From the NCBI GenBank assembly GCA_039588015.1, contig JBDHAS010000002.1, positions 1,638 to 65,637 of the forward strand: a DNA stretch of 64,000 nucleotides. The letters are read 5' to 3'. The stretch is from Gemmatimonadota bacterium. GTDB taxonomy: Bacteria > Gemmatimonadota > Gemmatimonadetes > Palauibacterales > KS3-K002. The notes beneath the pieces were generated by a model. It saw nothing but the letters and a program-made list of their open reading frames with translations. It made no database searches and was not told the origin of the DNA. Below are positions 19,242 through 31,719 of the stretch, one piece after another. The position numbers were made by a program, and so were the translations under genes. How positions within the stretch are numbered: position 1 is the first letter of the stretch; each line of letters begins with the position of its first letter.

Positions 19242-19956
19242 CTGTGATCTCCTCCGACTAAAGCCACGGAAGGCGGATTCTCCCACGCCCCCCTACTAAC
19301 ACTTGCGCGGCGGGAAAGTTTCAGGAAAACGCGCCGCCAGCGCGTCCCACACCGCAACGAACACCTCCTCAATCTCTAAATGACCGTCCACCAGCGCAAC
19401 GTCTGGGGCCGTACGGGCCAGTTCTCTGTAGGCTTTCGCCACCCTGTAGTGGAATTCGATGTCTTCGCCTTCTATACGGTCTCGCCCGGTTCGACGGCCT
19501 CTGGCTTGACCTTCCTCCACCTCGACATCGAGGACCACGCTCAGGTCCGGCCGCCGCCCCCCTGTGGCCAGATCGTTCAGCTGCCTGAGCTTCGCCATTG
19601 GCAGGCCGCGGCCACCGCCCTGGTAAGCGAAAGTGGACAGCTCGTAGCGATCGGCCAGCACGATCGCTCCTGCCTCGAGAGCCGGCTCGACCACCTCGCG
19701 CACGAAGATGGACCGCGCAGCGAGCATGAGCATTAGCTCCGCCACCGCGTCGAGATGCAGGTCGCGATCCAACACGACGGCCCTGATGGCTTCGCCGGCG
19801 GCCGTACCCCCTGGTTCTCGGGTCACCACCGGCTCCGCTCCGAGCTCTCTCAGCGCGGCGGCGACCAACTGGATCTGCGTACTCTTCCCTGAACCTTCGA
19901 CACCCTCGAAGGCAATGAAGAGCGGATCGCGCCGGGCGGGGCCGACAGTCGACGAG

Positions 19957-21294
<1,338 letters not shown>

Positions 21295-21319
21295 GTGCTC
21301 TCCTCTCGAGTCGCGATTG

Positions 21320-22009
21320 TCATTTTTCGCCGCCGGGCGCGTCAGCCGATGCTTCCGAAGACGCAACCGCCGCACCGCCCTTCGGTTCACGCGTGTGTTG
21401 GTAGACCCAGATGATCCGATGTATAGCGGTTAGGTTAGCTAGAACCGCCACTGCGTAGATCACTACGCGCAGAGCCAGGCCCGAGTCGCTGCCACCGAAA
21501 ATCAGGGCCGCCAGTCCAATGGCGACCACCCGCTCACCCCGCTGCATCAGCCCGACCTTGCAATCGATGCCCAGCGCCTCGGCGCGCGCGCGGGTGTAGC
21601 TGATCATCAGCGAGCCGCCCATGGCCAGCATGATCGCGTAGATCGTGCTCACATCGCCCAACTCGACGCGGTAGTCGTTGTACAGCGACAACAGCCCCAG
21701 ATAGACCGCTATCTCTGAGATCCGGTCCAGCGTCGAGTCGTAGAAGGCGCCGAACCTGGATGCCAGTCCGGTGGCCCGGGCGACGCGTCCATCGAACACA
21801 TCGAAGACGCCGCCAAGCAGAATGAGGGCTCCCGCCGTCCGGATGTGATTGGAGTGGAACGCGAACGCCGAACTCATCGTGACCAGGAATCCGATCGTGC
21901 TCAACGCGTTGGGATGGACGCGTCTGCGAATCATCGGGTCGATGATCGGCGACAGCACAGCGATCATCCTGCGCTCAACGGCTTTTCTCATGTCCTGCAC
22001 GGACGGCAT
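21320..22009 (-). CDS. CDP-alcohol phosphatidyltransferase (PIP synthase-like)
   Basis: PNALS, DVFDGRVAR..GAFYDSTLDR, SYTRARAE, RGER. Confidence 0.88.
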   Translation of the reverse strand: MPSVQDMRKAVERRMIAVLSPIIDPMIRRRVHPNALSTIGFLVTMSSAFAFHSNHIRTAGALILLGGVFDVFDGRVARATGLASRFGAFYDSTLDRISEIAVYLGLLSLYNDYRVELGDVSTIYAIMLAMGGSLMISYTRARAEALGIDCKVGLMQRGERVVAIGLAALIFGGSDSGLALRVVIYAVAVLANLTAIHRIIWVYQHTREPKGGAAVASSEASADAPGGEK

Positions 22010-22052
22010 CGGGATCGCTTCCTTCTCGGCTGCTTACGCGAGCGTTTGGGCT

Positions 22053-22963
22053 CTATCGTCGTTCGGCGAGCAATATGCGTCGCTGCCCGGCCAGATCCTT
22101 CACGATCTTCTCTTCGCCGTACCCACGCGTGCTTCTCACCAGGTCTAAGGCCGCGTCAGCCACAGGAGGTGCGACTTCGAGCGCGAGAAGCGAACCCGGC
22201 TCCAGGTAGCGCGCCGCGGCGCTAACGATCGCCTCGATGACCTCCAACCCCGTCGGCCCGGCGTAAAGGGCGACCGCAGGCTCCCAATCACGCACTTCCT
22301 CGGGCAGCGTATCGGCCTCCCCCTCTGCCACATAGGGCGGATTGGATACGATGACGTTGAAGCGCTCTTCTGTACGCACGGCGTCGAACAGAGATCCGAG
22401 GCGAAAGTCGAGCTTGCCTTCGACCGCAGCTTCACTCGCGTTGACCCGGGCAACTTTCAGAGCCTCCGGGGATATGTCAACGCCGACGACCTCCGTGAAC
22501 GGCCCCTCGACGGCCAGGCTGATGGCGATCGCGCCCGATCCCGTTCCCAAGTCAACGGCTCTTAGCCCTTCCCGTCCGCCGCACCAATCGAGCACACACT
22601 GCACCAGCTGCTCGGTTTCCGGGCGCGGGATCAGAACGGAGCGATCCACGCGCAGCCACAAGTCGCGGAATGCGGCGCGGCCCTCGATGTACTGGAGCGG
22701 CTCTCCCGCGGCTCGCCGAGCCAGTCGCGACTCGTACTCGGCCAGCTCCCCATCATCCAGCAACCGATCGGCCTGAAGAGGTATCGCTCCCGGCTTGATC
22801 CCGAGCACACCGGCCAGCAGAAACACCGCCTCGCGACGCGCGTCATCCGGCGCGTGTGCGGCCAAGACATCGCGTCCGCGTTCCAGGGCCGCCTGCACAG
22901 AGAGTGGTGCGGTTTCCGTAATACCCGATTCTGAACCGTCCGGCCTCTCTGGCTGCCGGCGAC

Positions 22964-22967
<4 letters not shown>
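22053..22967 (-). CDS. prmC: Release factor Gln methyltransferase
   Basis: [22 protein letters not shown]; follows prfA. Confidence 0.95.
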
Positions 22968-24043
<1,076 letters not shown>

Positions 24044-24089
24044 CTACTTGAATTGAAGGCCGCGCTGGGGGTCGGCCGGGTCCCCGATC

Positions 24090-24377
24090 TTACTCGGTCT
24101 TATCGTCGCCAGCCGATGCTGCCACCGGCTCCGACTTGGCTGCCGCCTTCGCGGCCTTCGCTTTGCCGCCCTTCCCCTTCTGGCCCTCGTACTTGCGGCG
24201 GAACCTCTCGACACGGCCGGCGGTGTCCACGAGCTTCTGTCGGCCGGTGAAGAACGGATGGCAGCGCGAGCAGATCTCCACATGGATCGAGTCCAGTGTG
24301 GACCGCGTTGTAAAGCTGTTCCCGCAAGCGCACGTGACCGAAGCGGTCTTGTACTCGGGGTGAATTCCTTCTTTCAT
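24090..24377 (-). CDS. rpmE: 50S ribosomal protein L31 (Zn-binding type)
   Basis: [30 protein letters not shown]. Confidence 0.96.
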   Translation of the reverse strand: MKEGIHPEYKTASVTCACGNSFTTRSTLDSIHVEICSRCHPFFTGRQKLVDTAGRVERFRRKYEGQKGKGGKAKAAKAAAKSEPVAASAGDDKTE

Positions 24378-24447
24378 CCCACTACCCTGAGTCCGAGTTT
24401 CTGTAAGATAAGCAACGGCCCCCTTGGGGGCCGTCATCCCGGGATCA

Positions 24448-24475
24448 AATCTATCAGGCCGCCCGCCCGTTGCAA
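24448..24475 (-). promoter_or_regulatory. Putative rpmE promoter
   Basis: TTGCAA, 16 bp spacer, TAGATT with extended TGn. Confidence 0.5.
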
Positions 24476-24501
24476 GCAGTCGGCTCTATATGTGGGTTAT
24501 G

Positions 24502-26142
24502 TTACGATTCGGTCGCGCTCTCGGCGCCCCTGGACCGCCCACGCCACCATGAAACCACCAGCAGAAGGACAGCCGATGTGGCCGCCAGCCAACCAGGCCA
24601 GTCACCGAATCGGCTGAAGACGGTCAGGCCGTCCACCGTCTCGACCGTCGCGATGCGGGCATCCGGGCGAAACAGCGGAGTCGCGTCGTACATGCGTCCG
24701 CGAGGGTCCACGAACATCGAGACACCCGTATTCGCCGACCGAGCGATACCGACGCGGTTCTCTATCGCCCGCATGACCAGGTGGGCGGGATGCTGAGAGA
24801 GCGCGCTGGTCCGGCTCCAGATGGGATGCTCGCGACCGAACCAAGCGTCATTGGTGATGTTCACGAGGAAGTCGGCGCCTTCGCGCCGATACGTCCGAGA
24901 CAGGCCGGGGAAGATCGACTCGTAGCAGATCAGCACGCCGAAACTCGAGCTGTTGAGGTTCATGACGGGCTCTTCGGCGCCACGACCGAAGCCGCCGAAC
25001 CAGCGGAGGAAGGCCGCCACGTCTCCTACGAGCGGAACCTGTCGGCCGTCCAGCCTGGCCCGCAGGTCGCGAAGCCAGCCGATCGGTATGTAAGGGACGC
25101 GTTCCACGACGGGCACGAGATACTTCTTGCGATACAGCCCCGAGGTCACGCCGCGGCGGTCGAGCAAGAGCGCGGCGTTGTAGTTGTCGTAGTCGTCGTT
25201 GTCGTAGCGCTCGAAGTCCAGTCCGCCGAAGAGGAGCGCCGCGTCGTTATCGCGCGTCAGCGATGCCGCCCAGACCATCCACTCCTCAGCCAGCCGGAAA
25301 TAGTAGGGGAGCGCGGTTTCCGGCCAGACGATCAAGTCGACTCGCTGTCCATCGTCCAGGGCTGTCGCCGTCAGATTCGCGAGGGCGATTCGGCTGCTGT
25401 CCTGCGCGGCTTCTCGTTCCAGCTTGAGATCCTCGGGGATGTTCGGCTGTACGACCAGCACTCTGGCCGCCTCACGCGTTTCGAGAGTGTGCCACCGGGC
25501 TAGAGAATAGCCGACGGGCAGCCCGACAAGGAGGATGAGCGCCAGAGACCAACGCCGCCATTTCAGACGCAAGCCGTCCAGCCACCACTCGGCCAGAAGG
25601 CCGTTGACCGCCACAATCCAGACGGTAACTCCTCTCGCCCCGCTGATGTCGGCGAACCCGATGAGGGCGGGAAAACCGGTCAGCGAGCTTCCCAGCCCCA
25701 GCCAGGGAAAGGCCAGGTCACCGAGTTGCGCGCGTAGCCATTCGGCGGCCGTCCAGAAGATGGGCAGCAGAATCCAGAACGGCAGCCCATGTCGAGTCCG
25801 GAGTCGATGGATCGCCCACCCTGCGCCGGCGAGGAACGTCGAAAGGACGACCACGGTAATGAGGTACCCGAGCAGCGACAGCCAGGTGTAGTAGACCAGA
25901 GCCGCGAACAGCCAGTAGAGCAGCGTACCGTAGAAGACGACACCCATCCAGAAGGTGGCGCGCCGGACCGAGACAGAACCCGGGCGGTCGGCCGGGCAGC
26001 CGGCCACGAACACGAGGTACGGTACGAGCGCCACGAATGGCGGGATCAGCAGATGAAAGGGTGGAAAGGAAAGGGTGAGCAGAACCCCACTGACGACCGG
26101 AAGACCGACTTCCTTTCCCCGAGGTAAAACGGGGTGTTTCAC
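24502..26142 (-). CDS. lnt: Apolipoprotein N-acyltransferase
   Basis: FPW, VQPNI, WPET, ICYES, TNDAWF, RSANTG. Confidence 0.95.
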   Translation of the reverse strand: MKHPVLPRGKEVGLPVVSGVLLTLSFPPFHLLIPPFVALVPYLVFVAGCPADRPGSVSVRRATFWMGVVFYGTLLYWLFAALVYYTWLSLLGYLITVVVLSTFLAGAGWAIHRLRTRHGLPFWILLPIFWTAAEWLRAQLGDLAFPWLGLGSSLTGFPALIGFADISGARGVTVWIVAVNGLLAEWWLDGLRLKWRRWSLALILLVGLPVGYSLARWHTLETREAARVLVVQPNIPEDLKLEREAAQDSSRIALANLTATALDDGQRVDLIVWPETALPYYFRLAEEWMVWAASLTRDNDAALLFGGLDFERYDNDDYDNYNAALLLDRRGVTSGLYRKKYLVPVVERVPYIPIGWLRDLRARLDGRQVPLVGDVAAFLRWFGGFGRGAEEPVMNLNSSSFGVLICYESIFPGLSRTYRREGADFLVNITNDAWFGREHPIWSRTSALSQHPAHLVMRAIENRVGIARSANTGVSMFVDPRGRMYDATPLFRPDARIATVETVDGLTVFSRFGDWPGWLAATSAVLLLVVSWWRGRSRGAESATES

Positions 26143-27152
26143 AGAACGATCTCTCGACCCTCTTCCGTCGATCTGTAGCAGGCATCGACGATTCCGAGTA
26201 GCACTTCCTGCTCCTCGGGAAGCGGTTCCTCGCGCACGCCGCGGATCACGCTCATGAAGTACTCGAGCTCGCGCCGGTAGGATGCCCGGAACACGTTCTC
26301 CGTGCCCGGCGCTAGTCTGGGCGTGACATCGACGATCTTCCCGCCGGTCTCTTTCTGTACCATGAACGGCGACAACGACCCGAAGCCCGTGGCGCCCAGC
26401 GCCGCAAGCGTATGACGATCATCGACGGCGGCCAAATCCCAGCTCACTTCTACGCTGCAGGTCACGTTACCCTCCAGCCTCATCAGGACCACCGCCGAGT
26501 CGTCGACGCCGTCGTCGTCCCTGTCCAGCAGGTACGCCGTGAGACGCTCGGGAGCGGGATAGTCGAGCAGCCAGAGGCAGGCGTCCAGGTTGGTGACGCC
26601 CAGGTCCATGACGACGCCACCACCGCGCTCCTGACTCCGGCGCCACTCGCTCACTCGCGGGCGCCGCGAGAGACGCCGTTGCCAACTGGAGTGAACGTGG
26701 AAGATCTCGCCCAGCTCGCCTGCCTGGATGAAACGCCGCAGCGCCCAGGCATCGGGGCGGAAACGATGGTTGTTGGCAACCATCAGGTTGCGCCCGCTTT
26801 TCTTCGCGACCTTCAGTGTGTGGGCTACCTGCTCGCGGCTGGTACCAAGGGGACGCTCGCACAGGACATCGGTTCCGGCCTGCATTGCGAGTTCTGCTTG
26901 CTCGGCGTGCATATGGTTGGGCGTACACACGATGACCGCGTCGAGCCCCTCGTGCTCGAGGAAGTCCGGGACCGAAGAGTAAACGGCCGGCGAACCGTGA
27001 CGGTCCGCGACCAACTCGGCCTTGGTGCGGTTGTCATCGCATATGGCGACCAACTTCACGCTCTCCATCTCCGACAGGATCGGGAGATGGACCAGCTGCG
27101 CGATGGCTCCGCAGCCTATGACTCCGACTTCTACGGCGTCGTTCTCAGCCAT
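26139..27152 (-). CDS. Gfo/Idh/MocA oxidoreductase
   Basis: IGCGAIA, TPNHMH, CERP, GGGVVMD. Confidence 0.9.
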   Translation of the reverse strand: MAENDAVEVGVIGCGAIAQLVHLPILSEMESVKLVAICDDNRTKAELVADRHGSPAVYSSVPDFLEHEGLDAVIVCTPNHMHAEQAELAMQAGTDVLCERPLGTSREQVAHTLKVAKKSGRNLMVANNHRFRPDAWALRRFIQAGELGEIFHVHSSWQRRLSRRPRVSEWRRSQERGGGVVMDLGVTNLDACLWLLDYPAPERLTAYLLDRDDDGVDDSAVVLMRLEGNVTCSVEVSWDLAAVDDRHTLAALGATGFGSLSPFMVQKETGGKIVDVTPRLAPGTENVFRASYRRELEYFMSVIRGVREEPLPEEQEVLLGIVDACYRSTEEGREIVL

Positions 27153-27176
27153 GACTATCCAGGGTCTTCAAAGTCA

Positions 27177-28337
27177 CTAGCCAGGCGATTCTCCGTCTTG
27201 CCAGTCCGGCGTCCAGGTGATCGCCCCTTCGTCTCTCGACTCCCGCTCAGGAGCTGGTTCCACTTCCTCGATCAACTCAAGCAGAGCGTCGACGATTTCC
27301 GCCTCGGGGACCTTTCGGGCCACCTCTCCTCGCACATACAGCAGCCCTTCACCCTTCCCTCCGGCGATACCGATATCGGCTTCCCGTGCCTCGCCCGGTC
27401 CATTCACCGCGCACCCCATCACCGCCACCGTGAGTGGTTTGCGGATGTTACGCGTCCTTTCCTCCACCTCGTTGGCCAAGCGTATCAAGTCGACCTGAAG
27501 GCGGCCGCAACCAGGGCAAGCGACGATGCGAATGCTCTCGCGGCGGAGATCGAGCGCCTCGAGGATCGTGCGCGCCGCATGGACCTCCTCAACCGGGTCG
27601 GCGGACAGCGAAACGCGCAGCGTGTCACCGATTCCCTCGGCCAGCAGGGTTCCAATCCCGATAGCCGACTTGATGTTCCCGGCGCGCGGCGTGCCAGCCT
27701 CCGTCACGCCCAGATGGAGGGGATAGAGGAACTCACGAGCGGCCAAGCGATAGGCGTCGATCATCAGCGGCACGTGAGATGCCTTGAGCGAGATCACGAT
27801 GTCCTCGAAACCTTGATCCTCCAGCAGACCGACATGGCGTCGCGCGCTTTCGACCATCGCCTCCGCCGTGGGCCGTCCGTACTTCGCCAGAAGATCGCGC
27901 TCGAGCGACCCGGCATTGACCCCCACCCGGATCGGCAAAGCGCGTTCGCGAGCGGCATCGACAACCGCCCTCACGCGTGATGCATCACCGATGTTGCCTG
28001 GATTCAGCCGCAACTTGGCTACACCGGCCTCGGCGGCCGTGATGGCGAGCTTGTGGTTGAAGTGAATATCGGCAACCAAAGGAACCGGCGAGTTCGCCAC
28101 CAGTTCGGGCAGGCAGTCCGCGGCTCGCTCGTTCGGCACCGCCGTACGGACGATGTCGACGCCGGCCTCGGCCAAGCGCTGGATCTCGTCGATAGAGCTA
28201 GCGATGTCCACCGGGCTGGAGAGCGTCATCGATTGGATCGATACCGACTCACCGCCTCCGATGGGCACATCTCCGACCATCACCCTGCGCGTGCGTTCGC
28301 GGTGCGGCATCTCGGGATCTATTGCAATCTGTCTCAT
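27177..28337 (-). CDS. ispG: HMBPP synthase
   Basis: ADIHF, RLNPGN, HLGVTEAG, CPGCGR, MGCAVNGPGE. Confidence 0.96.
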   Translation of the reverse strand: MRQIAIDPEMPHRERTRRVMVGDVPIGGGESVSIQSMTLSSPVDIASSIDEIQRLAEAGVDIVRTAVPNERAADCLPELVANSPVPLVADIHFNHKLAITAAEAGVAKLRLNPGNIGDASRVRAVVDAARERALPIRVGVNAGSLERDLLAKYGRPTAEAMVESARRHVGLLEDQGFEDIVISLKASHVPLMIDAYRLAAREFLYPLHLGVTEAGTPRAGNIKSAIGIGTLLAEGIGDTLRVSLSADPVEEVHAARTILEALDLRRESIRIVACPGCGRLQVDLIRLANEVEERTRNIRKPLTVAVMGCAVNGPGEAREADIGIAGGKGEGLLYVRGEVARKVPEAEIVDALLELIEEVEPAPERESRDEGAITWTPDWQDGESPG

Positions 28338-28382
28338 CGCGGCTCTAGTAACCGATACACGCTGGCGCCTAACTCGTAGAAT

Positions 28383-29681
28383 CTAGGCTTGCCCCACCAC
28401 CTCCGCGAGCGACCGATCCACGGCTTCGATCGTCCGGTCGATATCGGCGTCGCTGTGGGCGGTAGAGACGAATCCCGCCTCGAACGGCGAAGGCGCGAAG
28501 AACACCCCAGCCTCCAGACACTTACGATAATACGCCGAGAAGAGGTCTCTGTTCACCTGCAGCGCATCCGAGAAGTTGCGGACAGGCCCATCGCACAGGT
28601 ACACGCCCCACATCGACCCCACGGCCGAGCCCGTCGCCGGAACGCCGTGCCGGCCGGCGGCATCGATGATGCCGTTGACGAGGCGGCTCGACCGCTCCTG
28701 CAAGGCCGGATAGGGCTGTTCGCGCTCGAGCACTCTGAGTTGAGCCAGGCCCGCGGCCATCGCCACCGGGTTTCCCGACAGCGTGCCCGCCTGGTAGACG
28801 TCGCCCTCCGGGGCAACTTTGGTCATTATGTCACGCCGGCCGCCGTAGGCGCCCACCGGGAAGCCGCCGCCGATCACTTTGCCCAGCGTGGTCAGATCCG
28901 GCTGGACTACATATCGCTCCTGCGCACCGCCCAGCGCGACCCTGAAGCCGGTCATGACCTCGTCGAAGATGAGCAGCGCGCCCACGCGCTGTGTCTCCTC
29001 GCGCAAGAACCCCAGGAAACCGGCCTCCGGGACAATCAGGCCGGCGTTGCCCACCACCGGCTCAACGATGATCGCGGCCAGATTGTCGCCGTGTTGATTC
29101 AAGGCTTCGACGAGGGCCATGCGGTCGTTGAACGGTACCGTGAGAGTCAGCCGGGTAATGTCCTGAGGGACGCCGGGCGACGTCGGCAGTCCAAGCGTAG
29201 CCAACCCCGACCCCGCTTTGGCGAGAAAGCTGTCGCCGTGTCCGTGATAGCATCCTTCGAACTTCAGGATCAAGTCGCGCCCGGTAAATGCGCGCGCCAC
29301 GCGAACCGCCGACATGGTCGCTTCGGTACCGCTGTTCACGAAGCGGACGACCTCGATCGAAGGGACGCAGCCGATGACCTTCTCGGCAAGCTCGACCTCC
29401 TCCGGAGTCGGCGTCCCGTAGTGCGTGCCCTTGCGCACGGCACGCTCCACGGCCTCGGTGACTTCGGGGTGTGCGTGACCCAGAATCAGAGGGCCCCACG
29501 AAAGCACGTAGTCTATGTACTCGTTTCCATCCACATCGCGCAGCCGCGATCCGTTTCCGCTTGCCGTAAAGAACGGCTGGCCGCCGACCGCGCCGAATGC
29601 ACGGACGGGCGAGTTGACACCGCCCGGAGTGACGTTCCGAGCGCGATCGAACAGGTCAAGTGATGCCTTTCCAGGTGTCAT
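28383..29681 (-). CDS. hemL: Glutamate-1-semialdehyde 2,1-aminomutase
   Basis: PGGVNSPVRAF, SGTEA, DEVMTGFR, GKVIGGG. Confidence 0.96.
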   Translation of the reverse strand: MTPGKASLDLFDRARNVTPGGVNSPVRAFGAVGGQPFFTASGNGSRLRDVDGNEYIDYVLSWGPLILGHAHPEVTEAVERAVRKGTHYGTPTPEEVELAEKVIGCVPSIEVVRFVNSGTEATMSAVRVARAFTGRDLILKFEGCYHGHGDSFLAKAGSGLATLGLPTSPGVPQDITRLTLTVPFNDRMALVEALNQHGDNLAAIIVEPVVGNAGLIVPEAGFLGFLREETQRVGALLIFDEVMTGFRVALGGAQERYVVQPDLTTLGKVIGGGFPVGAYGGRRDIMTKVAPEGDVYQAGTLSGNPVAMAAGLAQLRVLEREQPYPALQERSSRLVNGIIDAAGRHGVPATGSAVGSMWGVYLCDGPVRNFSDALQVNRDLFSAYYRKCLEAGVFFAPSPFEAGFVSTAHSDADIDRTIEAVDRSLAEVVGQA

Positions 29682-31069
29682 CTTCCCCATGCAGTTTGAA
29701 GGTCCAGTGAGAGCGGCTCGACGTATTCAGCCGGACGCCGCGCAACTCGAATCCGCTTGCTGGCCACAGCCCACAGGTCCGCATCGTCCGCGTTCACCAC
29801 GGTGGCGCGGGCGAGGTCGCCGGGCGCGAGCTCGAGGTCGGGGGCGCTAAGGTATGTCGATCCATCGATTTCGAAAGCCTGGCTTCGTGACCGGGCCTCG
29901 ATATCAAGCGTCTCATCGTCCACAGCCGGGCAACGGTCTACGATCACTTCCATCTGACTACCGATCAGGGCCCGCTGTCGAGAGGCCACAATGGACCGCT
30001 GCAGCTCGCTGACGATTCCCAGCCGTTCAATCTTCAGCGAGTCGGGCACCGGGTCCGGCATCTCCGCTCCCGGCGTGCCTGGTTGGGGTGAAAATGCGAA
30101 AACGCCCAGATGATCGAACTGAACTTCGCCGATGAAGTCTAGCAACTCCTCGAAATCTTCTTCGGTCTCGCCGGGAAAGCCGACCACCACCGTCGTCCGC
30201 AGCGTCAGATCGGGTATTTCCTTCCTCAACCATCCGATCTTGTCCCGCAAGCGATCCGGCCGCTCCGGCCTCCGCATCCGTTCCAGCATGCCGACGCTGG
30301 CGTGCTGGATCGGCATATCGATATAGGAAAGGACCCGCTCCTGCCCGGCGATCAGTTCAACGAGCGCCGGCTGCAACCCTGCTGAATAAATGTAAAGCAG
30401 CCGGAACCAGGGCAGATCGGTTTCCTCGATCAACCGCTCGAGCAACCCGTGGATTCCGGGTTGGCCGGGGACATCGCGGCCGTAATGAGCCAGATCCTGG
30501 GCCACGAGGTTGAGCTCGACCACGCCCCGCGCCTCCAAGGCCCGCGCCTCTTCGACCAACCGCTCGAGGTCGAAGGAGCGATGGCGTCCGCGCCAAAGCG
30601 GTATAGCGCAGAAAGCGCACTTGTGGTCGCAGCCCTCGCTGACCTTGAGGTAGGACAAATGTCTCAGGCCGCCCGCGGGTAGGCGCGAGCCCGGGTGCTT
30701 GTGCACGCGACCGTCGAGCAGTCCACGCGTGACCAATTGCGGCACCAGATCCGGCAGGTCCTTCAGGCCTAGGAAAAGATCGACTTCAGGTATCGATTGC
30801 TGCAGCTCCCGGCGGTAGCGCTCCACCATGCAGCCGACTGCCACGAGGGCTCGAAGCTGGCCGCTGTCCTTGAGACGTGCCGCTTCGAGCAGTGTCTCGA
30901 TCGACTCCTCCTTCGCCGCGTCGATGAAAGCACAGGTGTTGACCAGCAGGATCTCGGCGTCGACAGGCTCGGGCGTAAACGTGGCGCCGTGGCCGACCAG
31001 CGTCGCCACGATGCGTTCAGAATCTACTGTGTTTTTGTCACACCCGAGCGTTACGACGGAGAACTTCAC
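29678..31069 (-). CDS. rimO: Ribosomal protein S12 methylthiotransferase
   Basis: LGCDKNTVDSE, NTCAFI, EGCDHKCAFCAIP, TRAM domain. Confidence 0.93.
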   Translation of the reverse strand: MKFSVVTLGCDKNTVDSERIVATLVGHGATFTPEPVDAEILLVNTCAFIDAAKEESIETLLEAARLKDSGQLRALVAVGCMVERYRRELQQSIPEVDLFLGLKDLPDLVPQLVTRGLLDGRVHKHPGSRLPAGGLRHLSYLKVSEGCDHKCAFCAIPLWRGRHRSFDLERLVEEARALEARGVVELNLVAQDLAHYGRDVPGQPGIHGLLERLIEETDLPWFRLLYIYSAGLQPALVELIAGQERVLSYIDMPIQHASVGMLERMRRPERPDRLRDKIGWLRKEIPDLTLRTTVVVGFPGETEEDFEELLDFIGEVQFDHLGVFAFSPQPGTPGAEMPDPVPDSLKIERLGIVSELQRSIVASRQRALIGSQMEVIVDRCPAVDDETLDIEARSRSQAFEIDGSTYLSAPDLELAPGDLARATVVNADDADLWAVASKRIRVARRPAEYVEPLSLDLQTAWGR

Positions 31070-31719
31070 CGTGTGAACACCTCGACACCCGGCGGTGGGG
31101 AGAAGCGGAAGAGATCGTCGGACAGATCGATGCCCGCACGCAGGTTCAGGAGCGTAATCGTCTGGATGGTCTCGTTCTCCTCGTATACCTCAAACTTGCG
31201 TACCAAGAAATCAGCCGCGTCCACCCAGACACGGACGAGAGTGTAGGGAGCATCGAACTTCGGGACAAGCGATAGGAGATGCGCCGAGCGGTCGCCGACA
31301 CTGCTCATCTCCACGTAGGTGGCCACGTAACGCTCCGTCGGGTTGACCAGGAACCGGCCACCCAAGGTGGCGCTCTCGGCCGTGTGGATCGCGGTTCGCA
31401 CGACCTGGTCGGGCTGCGCGCTCGGATAGTACATCCACAAGTACTCACCGTCGGCGACCATTAGATCGCCTTCCGGCTGCTCGAATCTCATCAGGAAGTA
31501 GTTCGGCTTCTTCTGGAAGACGACGCCATGTCCCTCTTCTTCCCTCTCCAGTGCCCGGATCTCGATCTTCTTGATGAAGTCGGAGCGTATCGTGCTCACG
31601 CGCTCATAGGCGTCCGCCGCTTTCGCGAGAATATCTTCAGCCTTCTCATCGTCCTGGTAGGCGTACGCCCCCAGCGCCGCCAAACAAACAAGCAAGATCC
31701 GCAGTTCACTCATCATCAC
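31066..31719 (-). CDS. lolA: Outer-membrane lipoprotein carrier LolA
   Basis: Signal peptide, KKPN..DGEYLWMY, FRFSPPPG; directly downstream of ftsK. Confidence 0.85.
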   Translation of the reverse strand: MMMSELRILLVCLAALGAYAYQDDEKAEDILAKAADAYERVSTIRSDFIKKIEIRALEREEEGHGVVFQKKPNYFLMRFEQPEGDLMVADGEYLWMYYPSAQPDQVVRTAIHTAESATLGGRFLVNPTERYVATYVEMSSVGDRSAHLLSLVPKFDAPYTLVRVWVDAADFLVRKFEVYEENETIQTITLLNLRAGIDLSDDLFRFSPPPGVEVFTR

